Of a stretch of 64,000 nt of DNA, positions 52,244 through 61,975 are shown piece after piece. The stretch is from a virus. The position numbers and the translations under genes were made by a program. The stretch is from positions 2,820-66,819 of the IMG/VR virus record IMGVR_UViG_3300029911_000024, one strand, 5' to 3'. The notes under the pieces are model-generated. The model had not been told where the DNA came from. It made no database searches and saw only the letters and a program-made list of their open reading frames with translations. Numbering within the stretch: position 1 is the stretch's first letter; every line of letters begins with the position of its first letter.

Positions 52244-52800
52244 CAATAGTCGATCACGGGCTGGCGGTGCGCTTTGCCATACTGCTGGTCGAGGCGCAGT
52301 GCTGCGGCGCGGTGCTGCTCGCGCCCCCATTGATGCGCCATCCAGCGGCCGAACTTCTGGACATAGGCGAAATACCGATAGGCGTTCATCGCCCCTCTGC
52401 CCTGGTTGCATAGATGACAGGCGATAATCTGGTTAGACCAGAAACAGCGGCCGCCAGCAGCGCGCGGCACCACCTCGTCTATGGTCGCCCGATTGTGCGC
52501 CCCATCTTTGATGTGATCGAACACACGCTGGCCGCAATAACCGCATCGGTGGTTCTGGGCCTCCAGCAGCGCCGAACGCTTGTCATAGTCGCGCGCCTCG
52601 GTGGATTTCAGCGGGAAATCATCCTGGCCGTGATGCCGAAACGCTTTTCGGCGCGGCTGCTGGTAAAGCCAGTCGGCCTCGTCGAACTTGCTGACGAACT
52701 GCTGGTGGATCGGGACGCGGGGACGCGGATCGACACCAAATTCAGCCGACAGCTTTGCCGCCGCCTCGTCTGACAACAGCTTTGCATATCGCACGCCCAT
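52243..52800 (-). CDS. HNH endonuclease
   Basis: QNHRCGYCG...ATIDEVVPRAAGG...N...ACHLCNQGRG; the usual DH is DE here. Confidence 0.75.
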   Translation of the reverse strand: MGVRYAKLLSDEAAAKLSAEFGVDPRPRVPIHQQFVSKFDEADWLYQQPRRKAFRHHGQDDFPLKSTEARDYDKRSALLEAQNHRCGYCGQRVFDHIKDGAHNRATIDEVVPRAAGGRCFWSNQIIACHLCNQGRGAMNAYRYFAYVQKFGRWMAHQWGREQHRAAALRLDQQYGKAHRQPVIDY

Positions 52801-52994
52801 CAGCACCGCCCGCGATAGATCGGGCCATGGTGCTCGCGCGCCAGCTTTTGGGAATGGGCGCGCATCGCCTGGGCGTCGGCGATCATCTGCTGCTGCGCAG
52901 CTTGGTTGCCGCCATGGCGCGCGCCGCGCATCAGGTCGTGGGCTTGGTCGAGAAGCTGGAGCGCGAAGGCCAGTTTCGGTGGATGCTGCATCAC
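52800..52994 (-). CDS. Hypothetical protein
   Basis: Coupled small ORF. Confidence 0.45.
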   Translation of the reverse strand: MMQHPPKLAFALQLLDQAHDLMRGARHGGNQAAQQQMIADAQAMRAHSQKLAREHHGPIYRGRC

Positions 52995-53176
52995 ATTTCC
53001 CCCAAATCGCGCCGCTCGGTATGAACTTGGCCGATGATGATAAAATGCTGCATGATGTCGTCGGAAGCCGTTGTCGCATTGGCTTGCGTGAGGGTGGCTT
53101 CCCAAAGCTGCGGTTCATGGATGTGCGGCAGCAACAGTGCCGGAGCCGCACTCGCCATCAAATCCCGCTTCGACAT
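52991..53176 (-). CDS. Hypothetical protein
   Basis: Small ORF after MuF. Confidence 0.45.
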   Translation of the reverse strand: MSKRDLMASAAPALLLPHIHEPQLWEATLTQANATTASDDIMQHFIIIGQVHTERRDLGEM

Positions 53177-53184
53177 GCACCGGC

Positions 53185-54246
53185 CTATCCGTCCGCGTCC
53201 CCAGTGTCGATATAGGTGATGCAACGGCACAGCGGATGCAAGGGGCCATACATGGCTGGGCCGTATGGGGTGTCGAAATATCCGTCCAGCGGCACGCCGT
53301 CCTCGTTCATGTCGGGGACTTGTTCACAGTATTCGCACAGCCGGTCATTCGGCGTCACCAGCCAGAACCGGCGCAGCGCGGTGCGGTTGAGCAAGCCCTG
53401 GTCGGCCGCCTGACCCCAGGCCATGTTCTGGGCGGCGTTGGAGGCGCGCATGGTCTCGGTGCGCGCGATCATCTGGGCCCGGTTGAGAATCGCCCGGTTG
53501 CGATACCGGTTGACCATCGTGGCGATCTGCTCGTCAGACAGCGTCCGGTCAGCGCCAGCGCCCAGCGCGCGCTCCAGCGTCGGATCGTGGCGGCGGTCCC
53601 GCATCGCCCTGGTCAGCGCTGCCCGGTCCTTGGTGCGCAGCAGGTTCTCGAAATTGGTCACGGCCTGGGCTTGGTCGTCGGTCAGACCGATGCTTTCGCG
53701 AATCTGCCGGGCCTGCTCATAGGGATGGCCGCCCATGGCAAAGGCGTTCTGGATGACCGTGCGGATGCCGTCGCGTGTTTGCTGGCTGATGTCGCGGATC
53801 AAGCCGAAATCGTAATTCCGCAGGAACGTCGCGGTGTTGGGGTTGGTCAGGTTAAACGACATGCCGACATGCACGCCCATCGTCTTGGCTGGGGTCGCCC
53901 GGCCCGCCGCGATGAAGGCATCCTCCAGCGGCTTGGTCAGGCCCGGCTTGAGGCTTTCGGACAATCCCTCCTCAACGCCGAGCGCCCGCATGGCGGCGTT
54001 GACGTCGCCCCGGGCGATGGCGTCCCGCAGTTCGGCCTCTTTGGCGGCATTGCGCACCCGGCGCAGCGCTTCAAGGAACGCGGCCTTGGTCGCTGGAGCG
54101 GCATTGTCGGCGATCTCCAGCAGCCATTCGTGGTCTGGGGTGTCAGGGCTGTCCGCCTTGGCCAGCCCGCCGCGTGCCCATGTCTGGCGGCGTGGACGGC
54201 TTCCCAGCGTCCTGGCGTGCTTCCGGCAGGCGTGGGGCAGGATCAC
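53185..54246 (-). CDS. Head morphogenesis/minor head protein (SPP1 gp7/MuF family)
   Basis: RAQMIARTETMRASN, W....NDRLCEYC, PLHPLCRC. Confidence 0.9.
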   Translation of the reverse strand: MILPHACRKHARTLGSRPRRQTWARGGLAKADSPDTPDHEWLLEIADNAAPATKAAFLEALRRVRNAAKEAELRDAIARGDVNAAMRALGVEEGLSESLKPGLTKPLEDAFIAAGRATPAKTMGVHVGMSFNLTNPNTATFLRNYDFGLIRDISQQTRDGIRTVIQNAFAMGGHPYEQARQIRESIGLTDDQAQAVTNFENLLRTKDRAALTRAMRDRRHDPTLERALGAGADRTLSDEQIATMVNRYRNRAILNRAQMIARTETMRASNAAQNMAWGQAADQGLLNRTALRRFWLVTPNDRLCEYCEQVPDMNEDGVPLDGYFDTPYGPAMYGPLHPLCRCITYIDTGDADG

Positions 54247-55706
54247 AGGCCCTTGCGCCTCCGCTTGCCCAACGTGCCGCCAGCGGGCTGGCCTGCGGCT
54301 CCAGCCGCAGGTTTGGCACCGGGCGTCTTGCCGGGTGGCGGCTGGGTCTTGGCCTTAATCTGATCTTCCGCGTTTTGCTGCTCCAGTTCGGCCGCGTCGC
54401 TGACAGCCGTTGGATTGTCGGCGGTGGGCAGACCAGCCTCCTCGCGCAGATGGGCCTCCAGGGTGTCGTCGGGCACCAGCGCGCCAGCGGCCGCAATGTC
54501 CTGAATGTACTGGCCGAGTTGCAGCAGGTCGGACTTGGCGATGTCGCCGTGGGTGACGTTGACGTTGCCCTTCATGCTGTTGAGCAGCAACAGGTCGTTG
54601 GCAGCTTTCTGGACCTCGGACGCGATGATGTCGAGGAAGTCGATCACCGCGTTGTTGAAGTTCTCGGATTTGCTCTGCGACTGGGTGCCGTGGCCGCCCA
54701 TCCCGCCCTTGCTGGACTGCTGGCCCAGGGTGATGAAATCCGCCAGCATCGAGGCCGCCATGCCGTGGTCATAGCGGTTGATGATCTCGGTGGTGTGGAA
54801 CTGGCGCGAGCCGCCGGTCGACAGAAGGTCGACGCTGAAGATCAGGTTCTTGTTGGCGTCATAGATCGCAGGGATGACGAGACCGGCCTGCTCGTTCTGG
54901 TTGATGAGGTTGACCATGTCCTTGGCCGCCTGGAGCGCGGTTTTGTCGTCGTCGCTGGCGTCCGACTTGAACCACGCTGGCGGGCACGAAACCACAGGCA
55001 GGCCAGCCAGATCGCGCGACACGCCGATGGCCTCGATCTGCTGCACCCGCTTCTTGAGGAAATAATAATTATACATCGACCGCATGATGCTGCGGCCTTC
55101 CGGGTTTTGCTTGTAGGGCGTGGTGCGGAAATGCAGGCACTTGGACAGCGGCACGTTGAGCAGGGGGCCGCCGGTCGGCAATAGCTGCACCATCGACAGC
55201 GCGTTGCCCTGCGGATCGAAAACCCAGTGCAGCAGCGTTTCCTGGGCACGCCCGGCGAACTTGCGCCAGCCGATCAGGCCATCGGTGTACTGGCTGCGCT
55301 GCGACGGGTCAGGATTGGTCGGACCGCGCCGGTATTTGTAGACCTTCTCGTAAACACCAAAGCCGTATTGCAGGAACGACAGCGCGTCGGCCATGAAGTC
55401 CGCCCAACTGTGATCCATGTCGGAAAAGCATGACTGGACAAAATCGGCTGCGTTGGCGTCGTCGGTGTTCTTTTCGTCCTGGGGCTCGACGCGAAACGGC
55501 ACCGGGCGCAGCAGCATTTCGGTATTGGTGAAGATGGCGGCGATGATGGGGTCGTTGTCGCGCATTTCGCGCAACGTCAGCATGCCACGGCGGCCTATCA
55601 GGTCGCGCAGCCACTCCTCGCGCACATAGCCCGAGAACTGGCGCAAGCCAGACGCGCCAGATTCCTGCGTAATCAGATAGCCGCCCTCTGTTTTCGTCCG
55701 CGCCAT
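54243..55706 (-). CDS. Portal protein (DUF935/Mu gp29-like)
   Basis: EMRDND, FL.YGF...EKVYK.R, NPEGRSIMR, EAIGVSRDLAGLPV. Confidence 0.9.
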   Translation of the reverse strand: MARTKTEGGYLITQESGASGLRQFSGYVREEWLRDLIGRRGMLTLREMRDNDPIIAAIFTNTEMLLRPVPFRVEPQDEKNTDDANAADFVQSCFSDMDHSWADFMADALSFLQYGFGVYEKVYKYRRGPTNPDPSQRSQYTDGLIGWRKFAGRAQETLLHWVFDPQGNALSMVQLLPTGGPLLNVPLSKCLHFRTTPYKQNPEGRSIMRSMYNYYFLKKRVQQIEAIGVSRDLAGLPVVSCPPAWFKSDASDDDKTALQAAKDMVNLINQNEQAGLVIPAIYDANKNLIFSVDLLSTGGSRQFHTTEIINRYDHGMAASMLADFITLGQQSSKGGMGGHGTQSQSKSENFNNAVIDFLDIIASEVQKAANDLLLLNSMKGNVNVTHGDIAKSDLLQLGQYIQDIAAAGALVPDDTLEAHLREEAGLPTADNPTAVSDAAELEQQNAEDQIKAKTQPPPGKTPGAKPAAGAAGQPAGGTLGKRRRKGL

Positions 55707-55742
55707 CAGAACCCCCGATTCCCTATGACCTGCACCCTACCG

Positions 55743-57476
55743 TCAGCGGGCCGTGACGACAAACGGGTTCTCCTGCTGAAATTCCTTGTTGATGCCCAGG
55801 TTGAGCCCGGTGCCAGGATCGACCTGGGGCTCCAGATGGGACAGCACATAGCCGTCGGCGTCGTCCGGGCTGGGCACGCGGCGCGCAGCAAGCTGCTGCT
55901 TGGTCTCGATCACGATCTTGCCGGTGTTGTTGCGGAACCACTTTGGCGTCGAAAGCTGCATCATCAGCGTGCCGTCGTCCGGCAGCAGCGCGCACTCCTC
56001 CAGCTTTTGCTCGATCCCGCCTTCCTGCTTGGTCAGCCACAGGTAATGCAGATGGCTGCGCTGGATCGCGGCGCGCGCCAGCCACCAGATTTCCGCCTTG
56101 AGATTGCCGAACTTCTCGACGCTGGTGGTCCCGTCGGGCCATACGCGGTTGCTGGGCGGCACGCCAGTGTTGATCGGATAGACGGCCTTGATCTTGGGAT
56201 ACTGGGTGCGGTCGACCTTGGTGAGGGTGGACAGCACGCCAGCGCCGACGCCGGGCACGTCGAAATTGAGGAATTGCGTCCCCGCTTCCTTCATGCAGTC
56301 CAGCATCCAATAGGCCGTGTCGGTGGTGTCGGCTTCCTGGCGGCGCTGGATCGGCAAACAGATCGGGCCGAACCGGTGGACGCAGACCGATTTCGCCTTG
56401 CCCGCGCCCACGTCGCCCCCGGTTATGCCGACCTTGCTGGGTGTGAACATGACGCCGAACTGCTTCATCAGGTCGACAGCGGACTGCACCCATTTGCCTG
56501 GGATCGCCATGCCCTCGGTCGCGGCGGTGTAGCTGATCTCGTATTCCGCGTCCCAGGTGGACGGGTCCGACATGCTGGCTTTTTTCTTGGCCGCCCATTC
56601 CGGTGTCTTGCGCGGATCGGCCGAGTAATGCAGCCGGAAGATCGAGCCGATGATATTGGCCAGCGCAGCGCGCTTGCGAGCAAAGAAATTTGCCAGCCCG
56701 CCGCTCTCCGGATTGGGCGTCGAGACCCAGCCGATGCAATCGGTATTGCCGCTGATCGCCGCCTCGACCTTCTGGGGATGCGCCAGGAACGCGGCCTCGT
56801 CGACCACATACATGGTCGAGCGGCCACCGCGCCCAGGGTTTTCGCCGGTCTCGCCCGTCACCACCGCGCCAGTGACCGGGTTGGTAAACTGCATGATGTT
56901 GTCGTGTTTTCGCTCGTTGAAGCCGTCCGGCAGCATCCACGGCGGCAGGCGGCGATAGATCACCCGCAGTTTCTCGAAAATGCTGTCCGGATTGCCCTTG
57001 CTGTCGACGTTCAATTCGTCGCGCGAGCAGAATGTGGCCTTGAATCCCGGGGTGAACAGCCAGCGCCACGTCACATAGGCGCAGATCAGGTACGTCGCGC
57101 CCTGGTCGCGGGACTTCTCCAGCAGCCACGGCTCGCCCTTGCTGACCTTGTCGTGCAACCAAAGAATGAATTTGCGCTGTTCCGGCCACAGCTTGAACCG
57201 GATGTATGGCGTCTTGTTTTCGGCGATCAGGCGCGGGTCGAATGTCCAGGCCCAGTTATCAAACCAATATAGGACGTCCTTGGCGCACTTGGCCTTTTCC
57301 TCGGCATAGGACTTAGCGCGGTTTCCGACCCTGGCCTTAAACTCGCGCTCTGTGACCTTGCGCTGCGCTTCGGCTTCGATCCGGTCGATATGAGTTTGCA
57401 GCAGGCGGTCGAGATAGTCGGCAGCCTTACGAGAATTGACCACTCGCGATAGCAGCTTTGGCAAGTCGGAGGGCAT
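55743..57476 (-). CDS. terL: Terminase large subunit
   Basis: EKSRDQGAT (Walker A), YVVDEAA (Walker B), GGDVG, SPDDAD nuclease motif; start uncertain. Confidence 0.92.
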   Translation of the reverse strand: MPSDLPKLLSRVVNSRKAADYLDRLLQTHIDRIEAEAQRKVTEREFKARVGNRAKSYAEEKAKCAKDVLYWFDNWAWTFDPRLIAENKTPYIRFKLWPEQRKFILWLHDKVSKGEPWLLEKSRDQGATYLICAYVTWRWLFTPGFKATFCSRDELNVDSKGNPDSIFEKLRVIYRRLPPWMLPDGFNERKHDNIMQFTNPVTGAVVTGETGENPGRGGRSTMYVVDEAAFLAHPQKVEAAISGNTDCIGWVSTPNPESGGLANFFARKRAALANIIGSIFRLHYSADPRKTPEWAAKKKASMSDPSTWDAEYEISYTAATEGMAIPGKWVQSAVDLMKQFGVMFTPSKVGITGGDVGAGKAKSVCVHRFGPICLPIQRRQEADTTDTAYWMLDCMKEAGTQFLNFDVPGVGAGVLSTLTKVDRTQYPKIKAVYPINTGVPPSNRVWPDGTTSVEKFGNLKAEIWWLARAAIQRSHLHYLWLTKQEGGIEQKLEECALLPDDGTLMMQLSTPKWFRNNTGKIVIETKQQLAARRVPSPDDADGYVLSHLEPQVDPGTGLNLGINKEFQQENPFVVTAR

Positions 57477-57828
57477 CGACACCGCCCTTGGCAAGGGCCT
57501 CGGCGAGGCCTTCGAGCGCCGCCGTGTCGAGGCCGATTTCAACACGAGGCCCATAGCCTTCATCCCTCATTTTTCTGTCGGCATACCAGCGCACGGTCGC
57601 CATGTCTTTCGCCGCGAGGGCATCTGCGATGGCGCTCCGAGCGTTCGCCTTCATGTCCTCACCGATGCTGACCAGCACGGCCTGGAGTTCCGGGCTGCGG
57701 TCGACTCGCTGCTGGACCGCCTGCCGGGACGTCTTGAGTTCATCGGCCGCGCGCGGGATCAGGCCGTGATGCTTGCGCAGCGCGGCCTCAATCATCGCGT
57801 TCGTGAACCGAGTGCCCCCCTTGGCCAT
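57427..57828 (-). CDS. Terminase small subunit
   Basis: N-terminal HTH (AADELKTSRQAVQQR); immediately upstream of terL. Confidence 0.75.
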   Translation of the reverse strand: MAKGGTRFTNAMIEAALRKHHGLIPRAADELKTSRQAVQQRVDRSPELQAVLVSIGEDMKANARSAIADALAAKDMATVRWYADRKMRDEGYGPRVEIGLDTAALEGLAEALAKGGVDALRLAKAAIASGQFS

Positions 57829-57901
57829 GACAATATCCAGCAATAAGACAGGGTTGAACCTATGGCGGGACGATATGTCCGCGCAATGGTGCCATTACGT
57901 C

Positions 57902-58111
57902 CTATCTCTGTATGAGGCGCACCAGCTTACCGCGCTTCAAGGCGGCGACAGAGACGGCGTTGCCGATCTGCTTCTCGGTCATGCGGCATTTACATTTTGG
58001 TTCGCCATCCCTTGGGCCAAGGCAGGCACACGGCCCCCATGCCCAGGCCGCCAGCAGTTCTGCGGGATCGCCGCGCTCGATCATGGCCGCGACGCGCTCT
58101 TGCCGGGTCAT
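57902..58111 (-). CDS. Small Cys-rich protein
   Basis: CACLGP..GEPKCKC.M. Confidence 0.6.
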   Translation of the reverse strand: MTRQERVAAMIERGDPAELLAAWAWGPCACLGPRDGEPKCKCRMTEKQIGNAVSVAALKRGKLVRLIQR

Positions 58112-58359
58112 CTATTTTGGCTGCCAGAAATGAACACGGCGGGCATGGAGAACTGGGCATACAGATTTGCCATGTTGTCGAGACATTCTGTGTGCAGGTG
58201 GTCTATGTGCCGGAGACTTTCCGGTGACGCACCGTCGCTGGCAGCGGTCTGGCGCATTTCCCATAAATGGCTAGCGGTGATCTCGTAATTGGCAAAGAGC
58301 CGGGCTGCGGTGTCGTTTGTCCAGTGTCCGACGATGATCGGGTTTACTTGGTCAGCCAT
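58108..58359 (-). CDS. Hypothetical protein
   Basis: GAGGAG RBS before ATG 58359. Confidence 0.55.
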   Translation of the reverse strand: MADQVNPIIVGHWTNDTAARLFANYEITASHLWEMRQTAASDGASPESLRHIDHLHTECLDNMANLYAQFSMPAVFISGSQNR

Positions 58360-58552
58360 CGCTCTCCTCCTCGTCGTCGATCTTGCCGCGCTCGGCCGGG
58401 CGGACGGAATAGTGGGTGCGGCCGACGTTGTGGATGATGCGGTCGATCTCGCCGGTAAAACTGGCACCGGGCCCGATTGAAAGCGGAAGCATTTCGCCCA
58501 CCAGAAAGACCTCCAGGCGGTCGCGGCCGAAATTGGTGACGATGTGCTTCAT
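58352..58552 (-). CDS. Hypothetical protein
   Basis: ATGA-coupled. Confidence 0.5.
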   Translation of the reverse strand: MKHIVTNFGRDRLEVFLVGEMLPLSIGPGASFTGEIDRIIHNVGRTHYSVRPAERGKIDDEEESDG

Positions 58553-58740
58553 GGGCCCCCGCTCCAGCGATAGCCGCAGGTCATGCATTTCGACCCACGA
58601 TAGGCGTATTGGTCACGGCCGTGCATGTCCTTGCCAACATAGGCCGTCACGATCTCAAGACGTGCGACGTCACGCTCGCCGCAGGACGGGCATCCACAAC
58701 CCTCCGGGCACAGCATCACAGTGGCTTTCTCCAGCGTCAT
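58549..58740 (-). CDS. Small zinc-ribbon protein
   Basis: CPSCG...CMTCGYRW. Confidence 0.6.
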   Translation of the reverse strand: MTLEKATVMLCPEGCGCPSCGERDVARLEIVTAYVGKDMHGRDQYAYRGSKCMTCGYRWSGGP

Positions 58741-58901
58741 AGCGGTGCCTGCTGGGCACGACGGCGATCACGCGCGGCGGCGCGCTGGGCCTTGCGGTCG
58801 CTGTCGATCTTGGCGGATGCGCACGGCAGGCACCGCTTGCCCTTGGTGATCTGGGCCGGGCAGTCCTGGCAGGCGTAATAGATTCGCTTGTGAGCGGTCA
58901 T
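58737..58901 (-). CDS. Small zinc-finger protein
   Basis: CQDCPAQ...RCLPC. Confidence 0.55.
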   Translation of the reverse strand: MTAHKRIYYACQDCPAQITKGKRCLPCASAKIDSDRKAQRAAARDRRRAQQAPL

Positions 58902-59101
58902 CAGCCTTTGCGTCCTTTGCTGCGGTTCTCGATGTGCGCCCCCCGGCAAGGCTGGCAGCGATCACCGCGCCCGCGCGGCTTGAACTGGGCGGGGCAATCG
59001 ACGCACTGCCGCAGGTTCGTTGGCTTCGGTTTGTCGCCCCAGATCACAGCGGCGCGCGCCTCTTGCTCCGGCGTCGGTTTGCCCATGGTGTGACGCGGCA
59101 T
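58901..59101 (-). CDS. Small zinc-finger protein
   Basis: CVDCPAQ...RCQPC. Confidence 0.55.
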   Translation of the reverse strand: MPRHTMGKPTPEQEARAAVIWGDKPKPTNLRQCVDCPAQFKPRGRGDRCQPCRGAHIENRSKGRKG

Positions 59102-59607
59102 CAGGTGATCTCCGCGCGCATTTTCCATCCGATCCATGCAGATCGCGTTGATTTGTAATGATAATTTCCGTTTTCGTCACGCTTGAGAGCATCGGACAGC
59201 GCCGGATCATCAGCGCATTCTTTCGCGACGGCGATCTCGAAGATGCGGCGCTCGACATCCTCGTCGATTGCCCGCGATGCAGCCCCAGAAAAACCGGGAC
59301 CACCCAGGTCCGCAGCCATATGCTCGGCGCGCTTTTCAGACAGTTCGGCTGGCGGCTCAACCTCGACGATCTCGATGGTGTGGCGGCCGGGCATCGCGCC
59401 GATGCCGCAAACACCAGACATCCGCAAGATCAGAGCGCGCTCCGCGCTTTCGACGGCAAATTCACGGTTCGACATCCATTCCCACAAAAACGACGAGCCC
59501 TCGTGCGGAACGCTACCGCCGAGATAAACCCTGGTCCCAGCAGGCAGCTTCCGGCGTTCATCAAACTGAGCAATGGTGCCTTGCGCTATGTACTTGGTTT
59601 CACTCAT
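59101..59607 (-). CDS. Hypothetical protein
   Basis: AAAGGA RBS; C-terminal RDENGNY...AW.GW motif. Confidence 0.6.
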   Translation of the reverse strand: MSETKYIAQGTIAQFDERRKLPAGTRVYLGGSVPHEGSSFLWEWMSNREFAVESAERALILRMSGVCGIGAMPGRHTIEIVEVEPPAELSEKRAEHMAADLGGPGFSGAASRAIDEDVERRIFEIAVAKECADDPALSDALKRDENGNYHYKSTRSAWIGWKMRAEIT

Positions 59608-60296
59608 GTCGTTTCCTTTTTCGGTGATGTTTCGTCGATTTCTGGGGCCAGCCGATCCTTGGCGTCCTTGTGCCACTTCCGGATCGTCGAATAGTCGCCA
59701 GCCTCGGTCAGGATCGTCCAGGCCTGCCGACATTGCTCCAGCGAACATTCCCCGCTGTGAAACTGGCTCAAGCCCATCTTGTGAGCGAGGTAGGCATAGA
59801 CGCGACGTCGCGCGACCTGCTGGATGGCCTTGCGGGCGGCATCGTCGAGCGGCCGGTCCTTGTAGGCCTCCAGGCGGTCGGCGGTCTGCCAGAGAGGGTC
59901 CAGGCGCTTGTGGTGCAAATCCATGCGGGCGGCTCGCAGCGCCTTACCGGCGGGCGTGCCAAGCGGCTTGGTGCCACCCGGGTGGCAGCCAACATAGGCC
60001 CCGCAAGGGTCGCAAACCCAGATCGGCTTGTCGTGCAGGTCTTGCCGGTGGGAATAGACCTCCCTGCCGTCGGTCAGGCGCGCGGCGTTGTGGCACTGCG
60101 GGCATACCGGCGCGTCCGGGTTGACGTCCTGGGGACGGCGGCAATCGTCGCGATGGCCGAACCACCAGCTTTTGACGAATGGGCTGTCGAAATAAGATGC
60201 CGGGCCGACGAAATTGACAACCGCCCAGCGCTTGAAGATCAGCGAACCGTTGCTGTGCTCATACCAATAGCCGGATTCGTGCGGATAAGCGGTCAT
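59604..60296 (-). CDS. DUF3268-family zinc-finger protein with extra N-terminal domain
   Basis: CPQC...WVCDPCGAYVGCH......PLGT.A...LR..R...H...DPLW. Confidence 0.8.
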   Translation of the reverse strand: MTAYPHESGYWYEHSNGSLIFKRWAVVNFVGPASYFDSPFVKSWWFGHRDDCRRPQDVNPDAPVCPQCHNAARLTDGREVYSHRQDLHDKPIWVCDPCGAYVGCHPGGTKPLGTPAGKALRAARMDLHHKRLDPLWQTADRLEAYKDRPLDDAARKAIQQVARRRVYAYLAHKMGLSQFHSGECSLEQCRQAWTILTEAGDYSTIRKWHKDAKDRLAPEIDETSPKKETT

Positions 60297-60631
60297 GGAA
60301 CTTTTTGTTTCACAGCGAAAAATCTGCGCCAACCATTTGGCCGCGCTTTGTTTTCTGCTGCATGGAATTTCTGCGTCGCCATCGCCAGGATGGTGCGGTG
60401 CTGATCTTCGGAGAGAGCCATCGCGGTCTCAAGAACGCTGGCCAGCTTCTCGATGGTAGCGGCATTGTTGCGAAGCTGGTTAGCGATGTCCCAGACTTCG
60501 GTTGTGGTGAAAGAGATCGTCGCCCTGGACTTGAGCGCATCGTGCAGTGCGACGCGCGACCCAAGGATTGAAGCAGCCACGCGCAGGCTTCTGGCGACCT
60601 TGGCTGCGTCCCTGGCGGTGTCCCTGGTCAT
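60293..60631 (-). CDS. Hypothetical coiled-coil protein
   Basis: ATGA-coupled. Confidence 0.55.
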   Translation of the reverse strand: MTRDTARDAAKVARSLRVAASILGSRVALHDALKSRATISFTTTEVWDIANQLRNNAATIEKLASVLETAMALSEDQHRTILAMATQKFHAAENKARPNGWRRFFAVKQKVP

Positions 60632-61029
60632 GCCTGCCGGGCCTTTCGGTTCGCCTTCTGGCCGTTGAGATAGTCCGGCTCGGTGTGCGAGACGCGGCCG
60701 ATCACGGCCTTGGCGAAATTCGGGATCGAGCCCCGCTGCCGGAATATGGCGGCGAACTGCTCGCGCACCGGGGCGTTGCCTTCGCCTTCCAGAAACTCTG
60801 CTGCTTTGAGCAGAAAAAAGTGCCTGTCGCAGAACGTCACCGTCATCAGAGACGAGACATCGTCGATCTGCTCGATGGCCAGCTTTGAACACGGGACATA
60901 GACGCGCGGCATGCACGTCGCGGGCTGGCCACAACGGGTGCAGAAAGCGGGCTCCGGCTTCTCAGGCGGTGGCGCGCGGTCGCGGACATAGTGGATTCCG
61001 GCGGCATCTTCCCAGGCGCGATCAACCAT
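60628..61029 (-). CDS. Zinc-binding hypothetical protein
   Basis: CTRCG...FCDRH. Confidence 0.55.
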   Translation of the reverse strand: MVDRAWEDAAGIHYVRDRAPPPEKPEPAFCTRCGQPATCMPRVYVPCSKLAIEQIDDVSSLMTVTFCDRHFFLLKAAEFLEGEGNAPVREQFAAIFRQRGSIPNFAKAVIGRVSHTEPDYLNGQKANRKARQA

Positions 61030-61310
61030 CAGGGTTTTCTTTCTGCCGTCACAGGTGATTCTGGAACAGTGATGGATGGCCGCAATTTTAGGCCGCAATC
61101 ACCGGTATCTTGAAGCTCGCTATCCCAGTTCCACATGGCGCAGCCTGGGCCCAGACAGGCGCACTCTGCCGGAACGATAAGCGGGCTCGCAGGCTTTGCC
61201 AGCCGATTGTATGTCGCAGTCCCCGGCATCAGTTCGCCGAGTTTGTTCAATTGTATGGCGCGCGATTGCGGACACCACGTCAGCATCGCCTGCTCAATTG
61301 TTTTTCCCAT
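61029..61310 (-). CDS. Cys-rich hypothetical protein
   Basis: WCP...CLGPGCAMWNW...GDCGL. Confidence 0.65.
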   Translation of the reverse strand: MGKTIEQAMLTWCPQSRAIQLNKLGELMPGTATYNRLAKPASPLIVPAECACLGPGCAMWNWDSELQDTGDCGLKLRPSITVPESPVTAERKP

Positions 61311-61322
61311 AGAAAATCCCTC

Positions 61323-61514
61323 CTATTTTGTAGGTCTTATTGCTTCGTTTGCGATAGTGCGAAGGTACGCTGGAACCGAGTGGTCGCTTCCAATCGCCAT
61401 CAGGGCGTCGTATTGCCGGTCAAGCGTGTCCATGACTTCCCCAAAAGTGAGATGGCCCCACAGTTTGCCACGGCGCAGTTCTCTCTCAAGGAGGGCTTGC
61501 TGGTCCTTAGTCAT
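61323..61514 (-). CDS. Hypothetical protein
   Basis: GAGGAG RBS. Confidence 0.6.
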   Translation of the reverse strand: MTKDQQALLERELRRGKLWGHLTFGEVMDTLDRQYDALMAIGSDHSVPAYLRTIANEAIRPTK

Positions 61515-61552
61515 GCTCGGCTCCTCGTTTATAGGTTGTTGGTGCTAGAACA

Positions 61553-61762
61553 TTAATCAGTTGGCAGGTGACGGGCACGCCAAAACGAAGCGATACCGGC
61601 ATCGGTTATGTCGGGCCACTTAGCGCGCAACTCAGCGGCATATTCTACCGGGATAGCATCCGCCTTTAAGGGGCAGCGCTCCGGTTCATCGTGCGCCTCG
61701 GCGTAGCACAGGCTGGCCTCGGCGCATCCGACCCCCATACTGCATAGTCTCATATCAATCAT
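61553..61762 (-). CDS. Hypothetical protein
   Basis: GAGGGAG RBS. Confidence 0.55.
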   Translation of the reverse strand: MIDMRLCSMGVGCAEASLCYAEAHDEPERCPLKADAIPVEYAAELRAKWPDITDAGIASFWRARHLPTD

Positions 61763-61780
61763 GGATTTTGGCTCCCTCTT

Positions 61781-61975
61781 TCAATGTTCAGCGGCTAGAT
61801 GGTTTAGCGCGTAGGTCAGCAACGCGCGCAACGCCATCTCGTTGTCCACGACAACCTTAGCCAAGTCGTGATCGCTATGGCCTTGATTTCCGATTTCGTC
61901 CAAGGCGGCATAGAGCGCACCGCAGCCGGTCATGGCCTTGGCGAGATACCCGCGCTCATCGGTGTTGTACGGCAT
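61781..61975 (-). CDS. Hypothetical protein
   Basis: GGGAG RBS. Confidence 0.55.
   Translation of the reverse strand: MPYNTDERGYLAKAMTGCGALYAALDEIGNQGHSDHDLAKVVVDNEMALRALLTYALNHLAAEH

Noticed and set aside
53137-57272. Long alternative ORFs over portal and terminase (53137-54363, 55723-57189, 55725-57272); intein in TerL
   Set aside because: Shadow frames; TerL length and motif spacing leave no room for an intein
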